DNA of 64,000 nt from assembly GCA_039000985.1 (NCBI GenBank), contig JAWBMD010000001.1, forward strand, positions 32,001 to 96,000, given 5' to 3'. The notes beneath the pieces are model-generated. The model saw nothing but the letters and a program-made list of their open reading frames with translations. It was not told the origin of the DNA and searched no databases. Each line of letters starts with the position of its first letter. Position 1 is the stretch's first letter. The translations under genes and the position numbers were made by a program. Source of the stretch: Candidatus Aenigmatarchaeota archaeon (GTDB lineage: Archaea > Aenigmatarchaeota > Aenigmatarchaeia > CG10238-14 > SpSt-28). Positions 20,999-30,228 of this stretch are shown piece by piece.

Positions 20999-21486
20999 AA
21001 AAAATATTAGCAATTTCTGATTCACATGTAAATAATTTATCTCAGCTTCCTGTTGAGCTAGTTCAAATTTTTAAAGATTTTGATTTTATTGTTCATTGTG
21101 GAGATTTTACTGGCATAAAAATTGTTCAAGAATTAAAAGAGTTTAAAAATTTTTTTGGTGTTGTTGGAAATGTAGATGATTTTGAAATATCTAAAATTTT
21201 AGATAAAAAAGTTGTTTTTGATATAAATGGCTTTAAAATAGGAATTATACATCCTTATGAAGGTGGACCACCAATAAATATTAAAACAAGGATTTTAAAA
21301 AGTTTTGGTAATGAAAAACTTGATTTAATTATATTTGGACATACTCATTTTGCAGAAATATCAGAATTCAATTCAGTTAAATTTGTTAATCCCGGTAGTT
21401 GTACAGGAAAATTACCAGCTTTGTTTAAAAGTTATGCTATAATAGAAATAGATAATGAAATTAAAGCTAGAATTGTAAGGTATTGA
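20995..21486 (+). CDS. YfcE/Vps29-like metallophosphoesterase
   Basis: SDSH, HCGD, GNVD, GHTH, NPGS. Confidence 0.9.
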   Translation: MKKILAISDSHVNNLSQLPVELVQIFKDFDFIVHCGDFTGIKIVQELKEFKNFFGVVGNVDDFEISKILDKKVVFDINGFKIGIIHPYEGGPPINIKTRILKSFGNEKLDLIIFGHTHFAEISEFNSVKFVNPGSCTGKLPALFKSYAIIEIDNEIKARIVRY

Positions 21487-24088
21487 AAATAACTTTTTTT
21501 GATAAAGTGTTGTTATAAGAGAAATATAAATCTCCATCACAATAAACACATCTGCAAGATAATGGTATTGTTTGATATTCTTTCTCACATTTTTTACAAA
21601 CTATTTTATCAAAGCTTTCTAAAAATTCCTTAACTTCTTTTTTATTATTAATTATTTTTGCTATTTCAAGTTTTGTTTGTTTACCAATTTCTTTTATATC
21701 ACTAACATTTGCTCCTATTGCTTCCATTATTCTTTCTATTGGTGGAAATAGTTGGCTTTTTATGTAATAATCATAATCTATTTCCAATCCTTCTCTTTTA
21801 ACAAAATTAGGATCTTCAGCTCTTTTTGATAAAATTTCACCACCTTTTACTATAACAAAGCTTATTCTATCACCAACTCCAGGTATTCTTTTTTCTCCCC
21901 TCTCTTTCATTTTTTTAATTAGTTCTATATGTGGCTGAATTCCTTTATAATTTGTTTTAGAAATACCTTTTGTTATTAATAGTTTTTCTAAAGGTATTTT
22001 ACCTTCTCTAAGATTTTTAACAATTTCTTTAAATCTGTTAACAGCTTTTTCAACATTCTTTTCTTTTAATATAGTGCTAACAACTTCTTCTAAAGTATCT
22101 GTAACTAAATCACACCAATCTCTTCTAACTGTTTCTATTCCTTTCATAACAATTTTTTCATTACCATTTTCATCAACAGAAAGAGCAGCATATCTTTTTT
22201 TAGTTAAAATTATAATGCTTTTGAAAATACTCTCTATTTTCATTTTCAAATTCTCATATTTTATATTTACAATATTCTCCAATTCTTTAGCTTTTTCAAA
22301 AGCTAACTTTATATCATCTGTATCAAGTTTAACCATTATAGAATCTGTATCTCCATAAATAACTTTATAATTTGTTTCTTTCTCGATAGTTTCCTTCATT
22401 TCTGTTATTAATTTTCTACCGTTCGCTGTTATTGAGTTAGCTATTTCCAATATATACAATCTACCAGAAACAAAACCCGTATAACCATAAAATGCATTTG
22501 CTATTCTTTTAAAAGCCTCTTGCATAGCATCCAGTTTTTCTCTCATAATTTCGTCTTTTTCATTTTTTAGCGAGCTCTTTATTTTATTTCTTTCTTCAAT
22601 CATCCTTTTTAAAATTTTTGGATATATACCCTCTCTAACATTTTTAGAAACAAATTTTGGAATTCCATTTTCTATAATAAGTGTTGTTGGACAAATGTTA
22701 AAACTTATTATTATGTTTGGGTACATGCTTGCAAAATCTAAGTAAACTATGCATTTATCATGAAAACCTATTTGTGGTTGCAACACTAATCCACCTTCCA
22801 ATCCCTTAGCTTCTTTTTCCTTTTCTCTTTCCAATTTAATTTTTTCTGATGGTTTGTTTGGCATTACAAAATCACGTTTATTAAATTCTTTAAGCAAAAG
22901 GAATTCTATTTTTGAGGCTTCTCCACCATCAAGTATATCTTGTAACAATAAACCACTAACTTTGCTTAGAGCAATATATTTATCAAGCATTTTATATTTC
23001 AAAAACAGTTTAAAGGCAAGTTCTGAATCTTTTCTAGCATATTCTATTACTTTTTTTGGATTTTCATACCAGTATTTTTCTATTTCGCTATGAGATATAT
23101 CTATTTTGCTTTCATTTAACAAAAAGTTTGCCACACTGTTTAAGTCAAATCTTTTCAATTTTTTGAAAAAACCAACTTTTACTAATTCTTTTATAATTTT
23201 ATAGCTATCTACAATAAATCTACCAACTATATGATTTTTATATTTGTTTTCTCTTAGTTTTTTTGATGAAGCTGATTTTTCTTCTGCTCTTCCCATTATC
23301 GGCTTTATATTTAGTTTTTTCATTCTGTTTATTAGATATGGTAAATCGAAATCATTTATGTTATACCCAACTATAAAATCTGGATCAAAATCTTTAACTA
23401 TTTCTAAAAACTTCTTTAGCATTTCTTTTTCATCTTCAAAACAAATTACATCAACTTCACTATTTTTAATAATTTTTGAAGTCAAAATTAGACTATTTTT
23501 TTCGTTGTAGTGTGGATAAAAGAAAAGGGAAATAATTATTATTTCCCCTTCTGCAGTTTCTACATTTGGACTACCTATACATTCTATATCTATTGTCAAG
23601 AATTTAAAATTAGCATTTTTTTCTTCATTCAAGTTCTCAAAGCTTTCCGCTTCATATGCTTCATTTACATATAAAGAGTTCGAATTTATTCTTTTACCTT
23701 TAATTTTTATCCAATTCATTCCATTAATGTTGAAATCTGCTGCAAATCTATATTTAAACAATATATCAGCTTCAAATGTTTCCACCTTTATTTTATTTCT
23801 AATATTCGGTACATCTGCCGGATTTGATAAATAAACTTTCATAAGCTTTGTTTTATTTTCATTAAATCCTATTGGTAAAAATTTTTCTACAATTTCAGAT
23901 TTTATAAAATGAGGTTCCTTTAAAATTTCTTCGTTTAAAGAATTTATGTAAAAATATGGATAAAATTTTTTGTATATTACACAAACTGTTTTACCATCTT
24001 CTTTTTTTCCAAATATTCTTATTATTGGTACTTTTTCGCTTTTAGAATAAACATAATCTATGTCAAATACTTGAAAGGATACTTCCAC
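21467..24088 (-). CDS. polB: B-family DNA polymerase, eukaryote (alpha/delta)-like, with a C-terminal Zn finger
   Basis: Exonuclease motifs DIE, GYNINDFD, YARKD; polymerase motifs DFASMYP, KRIANAFYG, YGDTDS, KKRYA, KGIETVRRDW; C-terminal CKKC-x12-CVYC. Confidence 0.95.
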   Translation of the reverse strand: MEVSFQVFDIDYVYSKSEKVPIIRIFGKKEDGKTVCVIYKKFYPYFYINSLNEEILKEPHFIKSEIVEKFLPIGFNENKTKLMKVYLSNPADVPNIRNKIKVETFEADILFKYRFAADFNINGMNWIKIKGKRINSNSLYVNEAYEAESFENLNEEKNANFKFLTIDIECIGSPNVETAEGEIIIISLFFYPHYNEKNSLILTSKIIKNSEVDVICFEDEKEMLKKFLEIVKDFDPDFIVGYNINDFDLPYLINRMKKLNIKPIMGRAEEKSASSKKLRENKYKNHIVGRFIVDSYKIIKELVKVGFFKKLKRFDLNSVANFLLNESKIDISHSEIEKYWYENPKKVIEYARKDSELAFKLFLKYKMLDKYIALSKVSGLLLQDILDGGEASKIEFLLLKEFNKRDFVMPNKPSEKIKLEREKEKEAKGLEGGLVLQPQIGFHDKCIVYLDFASMYPNIIISFNICPTTLIIENGIPKFVSKNVREGIYPKILKRMIEERNKIKSSLKNEKDEIMREKLDAMQEAFKRIANAFYGYTGFVSGRLYILEIANSITANGRKLITEMKETIEKETNYKVIYGDTDSIMVKLDTDDIKLAFEKAKELENIVNIKYENLKMKIESIFKSIIILTKKRYAALSVDENGNEKIVMKGIETVRRDWCDLVTDTLEEVVSTILKEKNVEKAVNRFKEIVKNLREGKIPLEKLLITKGISKTNYKGIQPHIELIKKMKERGEKRIPGVGDRISFVIVKGGEILSKRAEDPNFVKREGLEIDYDYYIKSQLFPPIERIMEAIGANVSDIKEIGKQTKLEIAKIINNKKEVKEFLESFDKIVCKKCEKEYQTIPLSCRCVYCDGDLYFSYNNTLSKKVIFNTLQF

Positions 24089-24102
24089 AATTTCTTTATT
24101 AT

Positions 24103-25062
24103 TTAGAAATTTTTATATATTTCTCTACTTTTTAAGTTTATATCAACAAATGTATTTTCTTTTATATATAATATTGTTGTACCCTTGTAGTTCAGGCAAA
24201 TATTGTCAAATTTATTACCATAAACAACTATAAAATCTGGAATTTCTTTAAGCAAAAGAGCATTTGATGGTAGTTTTTTTATTAATGGGTTTAAATTTCT
24301 TTTTTTAACTAAACTTATTATCTCTTTTTCGAAATCATTTTCTATCTTTGTTAAATTTTCATTAACTATTAAAACTAAAAAATCATTTTCTATTTTTGCC
24401 TTTAGCATATTGTTAAAAACTATTGTGTTTTTCCAAATTTTTTTATTATTAAAAAAGTAATAATTGTTGCTTTTTGGTGTTTCATTACATTCATAACCAA
24501 ATCTAACAAAAACATCTCTACTAGCTTTTTTAGATTTGGCTAAAGGTATATCCGGATAAACTACTTTTTTTATTTTATAATCCTTTACAATAAAGCCAAA
24601 AACATCAGATTCAAATATTTTTTCATCAATATCTAATTGTAATTTTATTTTATCTGTATAATCTTCAACTAATATATTATCATTATTAACTTCAATTACA
24701 ATACCTATTATATTACCGCTTTTGTTCTTTTTTAAATTTGATATCGACATTACATTTACCATTTCTATCTTGCTTTTGATTAAGTTTCTTAAAAATTCAA
24801 ATCTATCAACAATTATTTTATTAATGCTTTCTATACTAATTTCATTTATACTAATATCACTTTCTATAATTTCAAATTCATTTTTTTCAAAGATTTTATT
24901 TAATAAATCTAAAGTTATGCATTTATCAGGTATTTTTTCAAATTCAATATTTTTAAACAAATCTTCTAAGCTTTCAATTCCCTTTAAATATTCTAATGCT
25001 TCGGGAGTTACAGTAAAACCTCTCAGCAAAAATTCCTTTATAATTTCATTTGTTGATAACAT
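24103..25062 (-). CDS. Inactivated PolD DP1 / eukaryotic B-subunit-like protein
   Basis: N-terminal helical motif FLLRGFTVTPEALEYL; DRFEFLR..I; OB-like IIGIV...VEDYTD...YPDIP; LVKKRNLNP...LLKEIPD. Phosphoesterase metal ligands are absent. Confidence 0.75.
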   Translation of the reverse strand: MLSTNEIIKEFLLRGFTVTPEALEYLKGIESLEDLFKNIEFEKIPDKCITLDLLNKIFEKNEFEIIESDISINEISIESINKIIVDRFEFLRNLIKSKIEMVNVMSISNLKKNKSGNIIGIVIEVNNDNILVEDYTDKIKLQLDIDEKIFESDVFGFIVKDYKIKKVVYPDIPLAKSKKASRDVFVRFGYECNETPKSNNYYFFNNKKIWKNTIVFNNMLKAKIENDFLVLIVNENLTKIENDFEKEIISLVKKRNLNPLIKKLPSNALLLKEIPDFIVVYGNKFDNICLNYKGTTILYIKENTFVDINLKSREIYKNF

Positions 25063-25276
25063 AAAGTCTTGTTTTTTTTGTTTTACTTGAATTTATTTCA
25101 AATACTTTAACTTTTCCAATAGATATTAATTCATTAATATATTTTTTCGCTGTTCCCCAATTCAAGTTACAAATTTTTGATATTTTAAGCAAAGTTAATG
25201 GATATTTTGAACTAGATAAAACTTCTAAAATTTTCTTTTGAGTTTCAAATCTTTTAGAAGGCCTTCCAACTTTCAT
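25046..25276 (-). CDS. Small winged-helix DNA-binding protein
   Basis: ILEVL...PLTLLKISKICNLNWGTAKKYINEL...GKV followed by a beta wing. Confidence 0.72.
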   Translation of the reverse strand: MKVGRPSKRFETQKKILEVLSSSKYPLTLLKISKICNLNWGTAKKYINELISIGKVKVFEINSSKTKKTRLYVINK

Positions 25277-26475
25277 ATAAAGCCTCTTATTTTACCATTA
25301 CATAACGCTTTTATAAACTTATCTGTATTGTTTATTTTGTTTTCAACAATATTAGATATTTCTTTTTCATCAACCTCTTTTTTATTCTTAGGTATTAATT
25401 GCACGGAAATTAATTCTGGATCAGAAACAGGTTTACCTATTTTGCTAACTAGCCATACATATACTTCCTCTAAGTAATCATCAAACTTCTCATAAATTTC
25501 TTTTGCCATTTCTAGTGAAAGAAAGTTATATATTTTTCCAACATGAATTAAAGGATTTTTTCCAGCAGCAGCTTCATTGCTTATTGGTCTAAATAACGAA
25601 AATACACCATTCACTTTATTACCTCTACCAACTTGTCCACTATCTGCATTTTCTGCACAAGTTCCAGTAACTGTTAAATACAATCCATTAACCCCTCTCC
25701 CCCTTTGATCTAAGGTATTTATATCTATTCCAACATTAACATCAAAGAATTTTTTTATTAAATCTTTAATTTCTTCTTTTATTTCATCTTTAGTTCTAAA
25801 ATATTCCTCTTCATTCTTTATAAATCTATCGATTATAGCAATTGCTATTATTAAGTTTATTTCACTATTTTTTCTTATTCCCATTATTTTAATATCTTCT
25901 CCAGATTCTGGAAATTCTTTTTTAAATTTTTTAGAGTTCATATATCTTTCTGTTTTTATTAATATTTCTTCAAGCTTTGTTAAAGGCCAATAACCAACAC
26001 AAGCAGATGTATCGTTAGAACCTAAGGTTTTTTCATATTTTCTTTTAAATATATCTACAAGTGAAGCAGAACCTTCTTTAACCTCTATATAATATTTTAC
26101 ATGCTTTTCTTCAACAAATCTCATATTTTTCTTAAACCAGTTTTTGGCAGAATTTATTAATATTTTTTCAACATCTATTTTTTCATTATCAACTTTAAAT
26201 GTTGCTCTGTCACCAAAAATAAATTTCATTGGCTTTAAAACTTTTCCACCACCAAACTTACTAATTGCTTTTCCAGCTGATAGAAAAGCTTTATCTATAT
26301 TGAAATGTAAAACTCTTCCAAACTTCTTCTTATATTCTTTTGATAGATTAATAGAAGCTTCTTCGCAAATTAAATCACATATTGTATCTGGATGTCCTAT
26401 TCCTTTTCTTTCAGCAATTTCAGTTCTTAATTTTGAAATTGGTATGTTGTTTACTTTTTCTACAAAAATTTTCAT
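25273..26475 (-). CDS. mat: Archaeal S-adenosylmethionine synthetase
   Basis: ERKGIGHPDTICD, NDTS, GEDIKIMG, DSGQVGRGN, EAAAGKNP..HVGKIYN. Confidence 0.96.
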   Translation of the reverse strand: MKIFVEKVNNIPISKLRTEIAERKGIGHPDTICDLICEEASINLSKEYKKKFGRVLHFNIDKAFLSAGKAISKFGGGKVLKPMKFIFGDRATFKVDNEKIDVEKILINSAKNWFKKNMRFVEEKHVKYYIEVKEGSASLVDIFKRKYEKTLGSNDTSACVGYWPLTKLEEILIKTERYMNSKKFKKEFPESGEDIKIMGIRKNSEINLIIAIAIIDRFIKNEEEYFRTKDEIKEEIKDLIKKFFDVNVGIDINTLDQRGRGVNGLYLTVTGTCAENADSGQVGRGNKVNGVFSLFRPISNEAAAGKNPLIHVGKIYNFLSLEMAKEIYEKFDDYLEEVYVWLVSKIGKPVSDPELISVQLIPKNKKEVDEKEISNIVENKINNTDKFIKALCNGKIRGFI

Positions 26476-26599
26476 AAAGGATTTATAAAATATTTATTTA
26501 AATTTTAAGTATGAAAACTTTTTGAATTATGTTCTAATTAGCTATGCATAAAAGTGATGAAGAGCATAGAATTTATTGCTGTTTTGTTGATTCAATAAT

Positions 26600-26986
26600 T
26601 TAAGGTAATTTAACAAAAACTACTAGCTTTTTAATTTCAGGATTATTATAATCACCACCTATTAAAAATGGAATTGCTAAAACATTTTTAGACAATATAT
26701 CTTTTTGATAACTTTCTGTAGCATTAAATATATCAACTTCTATTTCAAAATTTCCTGGTAAAATTTCTAGGAGGAGATTTTCTATCATAGTTTTATTATT
26801 TTCCATTATATATTTTCTAAGGTTTTTTGTTTTAATAAGGCTATTAACGCTTTCATAAACTAATAATTTCATTTTTATGTCTATTTTTTCTTGTTCTAAT
26901 CTAGTTAGTGAAGTTGAAATAAGTATTATGAAAAGAATTGCTAAAAAAGCTATTATTACTTCCAAAATTGCACTTAAAGATTTCAT
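26600..26986 (-). CDS. Pilin-like / N-terminally anchored hypothetical protein
   Basis: MKSLSAILEVIIAFLAILFII resembles a class III signal peptide. Confidence 0.5.
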   Translation of the reverse strand: MKSLSAILEVIIAFLAILFIILISTSLTRLEQEKIDIKMKLLVYESVNSLIKTKNLRKYIMENNKTMIENLLLEILPGNFEIEVDIFNATESYQKDILSKNVLAIPFLIGGDYNNPEIKKLVVFVKLP

Positions 26987-27013
26987 AAATTAATTTTTTA
27001 TAAGTTTAGATAT

Positions 27014-27547
27014 ATGGAAAGAACACTTGTTTTAATAAAACCAGATGCTATTGAAAGAAAATTAGCTGGTGAAATAATAAAAAGATTTGAGCAAGATTTT
27101 GAAATATTAGCTATGAAAATTGTTAAAGTTAGTAGAGAGCTTGCAGAAAAGCATTATAGAGCTACTGAAGAGCAATTAATTGGCATGGGTAAAAAAACAT
27201 TGGAATCATCTAGCTTAGAAGATATTATGAAAATATTCAGAACAAAAGATCCTTTGGAGATAGGTAAAAAATTAAGAGAGTGGCTCATAGAATTTTTGAG
27301 CAATAAAAAAGTTATCGCAATTGTTCTTGCTGGAGAAAAAGCTGTTGAAAGAGTTAGAAAGATGGTTGGTCATACAAATCCAGCAAAAGCAGAAAAAGGA
27401 ACAATAAGAGGAGATTTTGGTCAAGATTCTATAGAAAAAGCTAATTTGGAGAAAAGATGTGTTAGGAATCTTGTTCATGCTTCAGGCTCTCTTAGTGAGG
27501 CCGAGTATGAAATTAAAGTTTGGTTTAAAGATGAGGAAATTATATAA
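27014..27547 (+). CDS. ndk: Nucleoside diphosphate kinase
   Basis: ERTLVLIKPDA, GTIRGDF, NLVHAS. Confidence 0.95.
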   Translation: MERTLVLIKPDAIERKLAGEIIKRFEQDFEILAMKIVKVSRELAEKHYRATEEQLIGMGKKTLESSSLEDIMKIFRTKDPLEIGKKLREWLIEFLSNKKVIAIVLAGEKAVERVRKMVGHTNPAKAEKGTIRGDFGQDSIEKANLEKRCVRNLVHASGSLSEAEYEIKVWFKDEEII

Positions 27548-27797
27548 AGTTTTATTTTATGGAAAAGTACAGGGAGTAGGTTTTAGAGCAACTTGTGCTA
27601 GATTAGCAAACAGACTTAACATTTTTGGTTATGTTAAAAACTTAGAAGATGGCTCTGTAGAAGCTGTTTTCGATTGCGATAAAAATTCTATGCTTGAAAT
27701 AATCGAGAAGCTTAAAGATATTTTTGATATAGAAAATATTACAATAGAAGAAATGGATAGTAATAAAAAATTTTCTAGGTTTGAAATAATATTATGA
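27531..27797 (+). CDS. acyP: Acylphosphatase (start refined to ATG 27531)
   Basis: GKVQGVGFR, GYVKNLEDGSVE. Confidence 0.9.
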   Translation: MRKLYKVLFYGKVQGVGFRATCARLANRLNIFGYVKNLEDGSVEAVFDCDKNSMLEIIEKLKDIFDIENITIEEMDSNKKFSRFEIIL

Positions 27798-28225
27798 AAT
27801 TAATTAAAAAAAATGTGGCAATTTATGTCGATGGTCCAAATTTTCTAAGAAAAGAATATAATGTAGATTTATCAGAAATAAAAAAAATAGGCAAAAAATA
27901 TGGAAGAATAGTAATAGCTAGAGTTTTTGTTAATCAATTTGCTCCGCAAAAATTGATTGAAGCTATAGTAAATGAAGGGTTTGAATGTTTAACATTTTTA
28001 TCTGAAAGAGAAGAGGCTGATATAGATGTACCTTTAGCTGTTGATGCATTAGAAGTGGCTTTAACTAAAAATATTGATGTTTTTGTTTTTTGTACTAGAG
28101 ATACGGATTTTTTCTCTTTGATAAAAAAAATTAAAGGTTATGGAAAAACTGTAGTTATAGTTGGTTTAGAAAACGATATTCCAGCATCTTTAAAAAATTC
28201 TGCAGATTTCTTAGAATTTTTATGA
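27794..28225 (+). CDS. NYN-domain (PIN-like) protein
   Basis: YVDGPN, DIDV.LAVDA, TRDTDF, GKTVVIVG, LKNSAD. Confidence 0.88.
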   Translation: MKLIKKNVAIYVDGPNFLRKEYNVDLSEIKKIGKKYGRIVIARVFVNQFAPQKLIEAIVNEGFECLTFLSEREEADIDVPLAVDALEVALTKNIDVFVFCTRDTDFFSLIKKIKGYGKTVVIVGLENDIPASLKNSADFLEFL

Positions 28226-30228
28226 AGAAAAGAGTTTTAGTTCTTTGTGCTTTACCATATACGAACAACATTCCACATATAGGAAATATTGTTGGTTCTC
28301 ATTTACCAGCGGATATATTTGCTAGATTTTGTAGAATGAAAGGTTATGAAGTTTTATTTGTTGGAGGAGCAGATGAAAATGGTAGTACTTCAGAAATTGC
28401 AGCTAGAGAAATTAATTTAGATGTTAAAAAATTTTTAGATGTTTTGTACTCGCTACACAAAAAAATTTATGATTGGTTTAACATTTCTTATGATATATTT
28501 TCAAGAACAAGCAAAGATATTCATCATGATGTTGTAAAAAAATTTTTCTTGAAAATAAAAGAAAATGGTTTTATTAGTGAGGGGGAAATGATATTACCAT
28601 TTTGCGATAATTGTGGAATTTTTCTTACAGATAGATATGTTTATGGCACATGCCCAAATTGTAAATATGAAAATGCTAGAGGTGATCAGTGTGAAAATTG
28701 TGGCAAAATTTTAGATCCAACAGATTTAATAAATCCAAAATGTAAATTATGTGGCAATAAGCCTATATTTAAAAAAGAAAAGCACTTATTTTTAGATTTA
28801 GATAAGCTTGAAAGTAAAGTTAAAGAATGGATAGAAAGTAAAAAAGGAATATGGAGAGAACATGTCATTTCTTATTCCTTAGGTTGGTTAAAAGATGGAT
28901 TAAGAAAAAGATGTATAACGAGAGATTTAAAATTGGGTGTAAAAGTTCCTTTAGAAGGATATGAAAACAAAGTTTTTTATGTTTGGTTTGATGCTCCAAT
29001 AGGTTATATTTCTTTTACATTAGAAGCTGCTAAAGAAAATTTTGAAAAGTTTTGGAAAGATAAAGATTGTTTAATATATAATTTTTTAGGTAAGGATAAC
29101 ATCCCATTTCATACTATATTTTGGCCAGCAATGTTAATGGCAAATGGAGAATACAATTTACCTTATAATGTTGTTGGTTTAAATTATTGCAATTACGAGG
29201 GTTCAAAAATATCTAAAAGCAAAAAATGGGGAATATTTTGTGAAAAAATGATTGAAGAAAATGTTGATGTTGATATTTGGAGATATTATTTAATTCATTT
29301 AATTCCAGAAAATAGTGATACTGAATTCAAATGGAAAGAGTTCCAAGATAAAGTAAATGGGGAATTAATTGGTAATTTAGCAAATTTTGTTTATAGAGTT
29401 TTGAGTTTTTTGAAAAGCCATTTTAATGGAAAAATAGATAATTTCAAACTTGGTGATAAAGAAAAGTTTATAATTGCACAAATTGATTATTTACTTAAAA
29501 CAATAAATGAAAACTTGGAAGAAGTTAATATAAGAGAAGCTTTTAGGAATGTATTTAAAATTGCTGAAATTGGAAATAAATATTTTCAGGAAAATGAACC
29601 ATGGAATTTATTAAAAACAAATAAAACTAAATGCAAAAGAGTTGTTTTCTTTTCTGCCAACATAGTAAGGATATTAGCTATTGCTTTATATCCATTTCTT
29701 CCAAGAACAGCTGAAAGAATATTTGAGCAATTAAACTTAGAAAAAAATTTTGCTTTTGAAGAAAGATTTGAAGTAAAGCTTTTTCAGCATACAATAAATG
29801 AGCCAAAGATTCTTTTTGAAAAGCTTGATGATAAGAAAATTGAAAAATTGAAAAAATCTTTAACAGAGCCATCTAATTTAAAAACTTTTTTTGAAGATGA
29901 AAAAAGAATAAGCTTAGATGATTTTTTAAAAGTTAAAATGAGAGTTGGTAAAATTATAAAAGCAGAAAAAGTACCAAATTCAAAAAAACTTTTAAATCTT
30001 TTAGTTGATTTTGGTACTGAAAAAAGGCAAGTTATTAGTGGTATAGGGGAATATTATAAGCCAGAAGAGCTAATAGATAAAAAATTTGTTTTCGTTGTTA
30101 ATTTGGAAAAGAAAAAAATAATGAGTTTAGAAAGTGAGGCAATGATTCTTGCAGCTATTGGTAAAACTGGGAAAATTTCTTTAGTTACTGTTGATAAAGA
30201 TATAGAAGAAGGTTCAGAGATCTATTGA
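28222..30228 (+). CDS. metG: Methionine--tRNA ligase with C-terminal tRNA-binding domain
   Basis: ALPY.N..PHIGN, Zn knuckles, YVWFDA, GKDNIPFH, KISKS, C-terminal OB domain. Confidence 0.97.
   Translation: MKKRVLVLCALPYTNNIPHIGNIVGSHLPADIFARFCRMKGYEVLFVGGADENGSTSEIAAREINLDVKKFLDVLYSLHKKIYDWFNISYDIFSRTSKDIHHDVVKKFFLKIKENGFISEGEMILPFCDNCGIFLTDRYVYGTCPNCKYENARGDQCENCGKILDPTDLINPKCKLCGNKPIFKKEKHLFLDLDKLESKVKEWIESKKGIWREHVISYSLGWLKDGLRKRCITRDLKLGVKVPLEGYENKVFYVWFDAPIGYISFTLEAAKENFEKFWKDKDCLIYNFLGKDNIPFHTIFWPAMLMANGEYNLPYNVVGLNYCNYEGSKISKSKKWGIFCEKMIEENVDVDIWRYYLIHLIPENSDTEFKWKEFQDKVNGELIGNLANFVYRVLSFLKSHFNGKIDNFKLGDKEKFIIAQIDYLLKTINENLEEVNIREAFRNVFKIAEIGNKYFQENEPWNLLKTNKTKCKRVVFFSANIVRILAIALYPFLPRTAERIFEQLNLEKNFAFEERFEVKLFQHTINEPKILFEKLDDKKIEKLKKSLTEPSNLKTFFEDEKRISLDDFLKVKMRVGKIIKAEKVPNSKKLLNLLVDFGTEKRQVISGIGEYYKPEELIDKKFVFVVNLEKKKIMSLESEAMILAAIGKTGKISLVTVDKDIEEGSEIY

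Noticed and set aside
20995..21486. Active metallophosphoesterase next to polB as the missing DP1 exonuclease part
   Set aside because: It is convergent with polB, coupled to rpo3, and has YfcE/Vps29-type motifs (NPGS) rather than DP1 features.
26552..26599. GTGATGA box C-like motif suggesting a C/D sRNA
   Set aside because: No CTGA box D at a suitable distance.
27459..27530. N-terminal extension of acylphosphatase
   Set aside because: It lies inside ndk; homology starts near ATG 27531.
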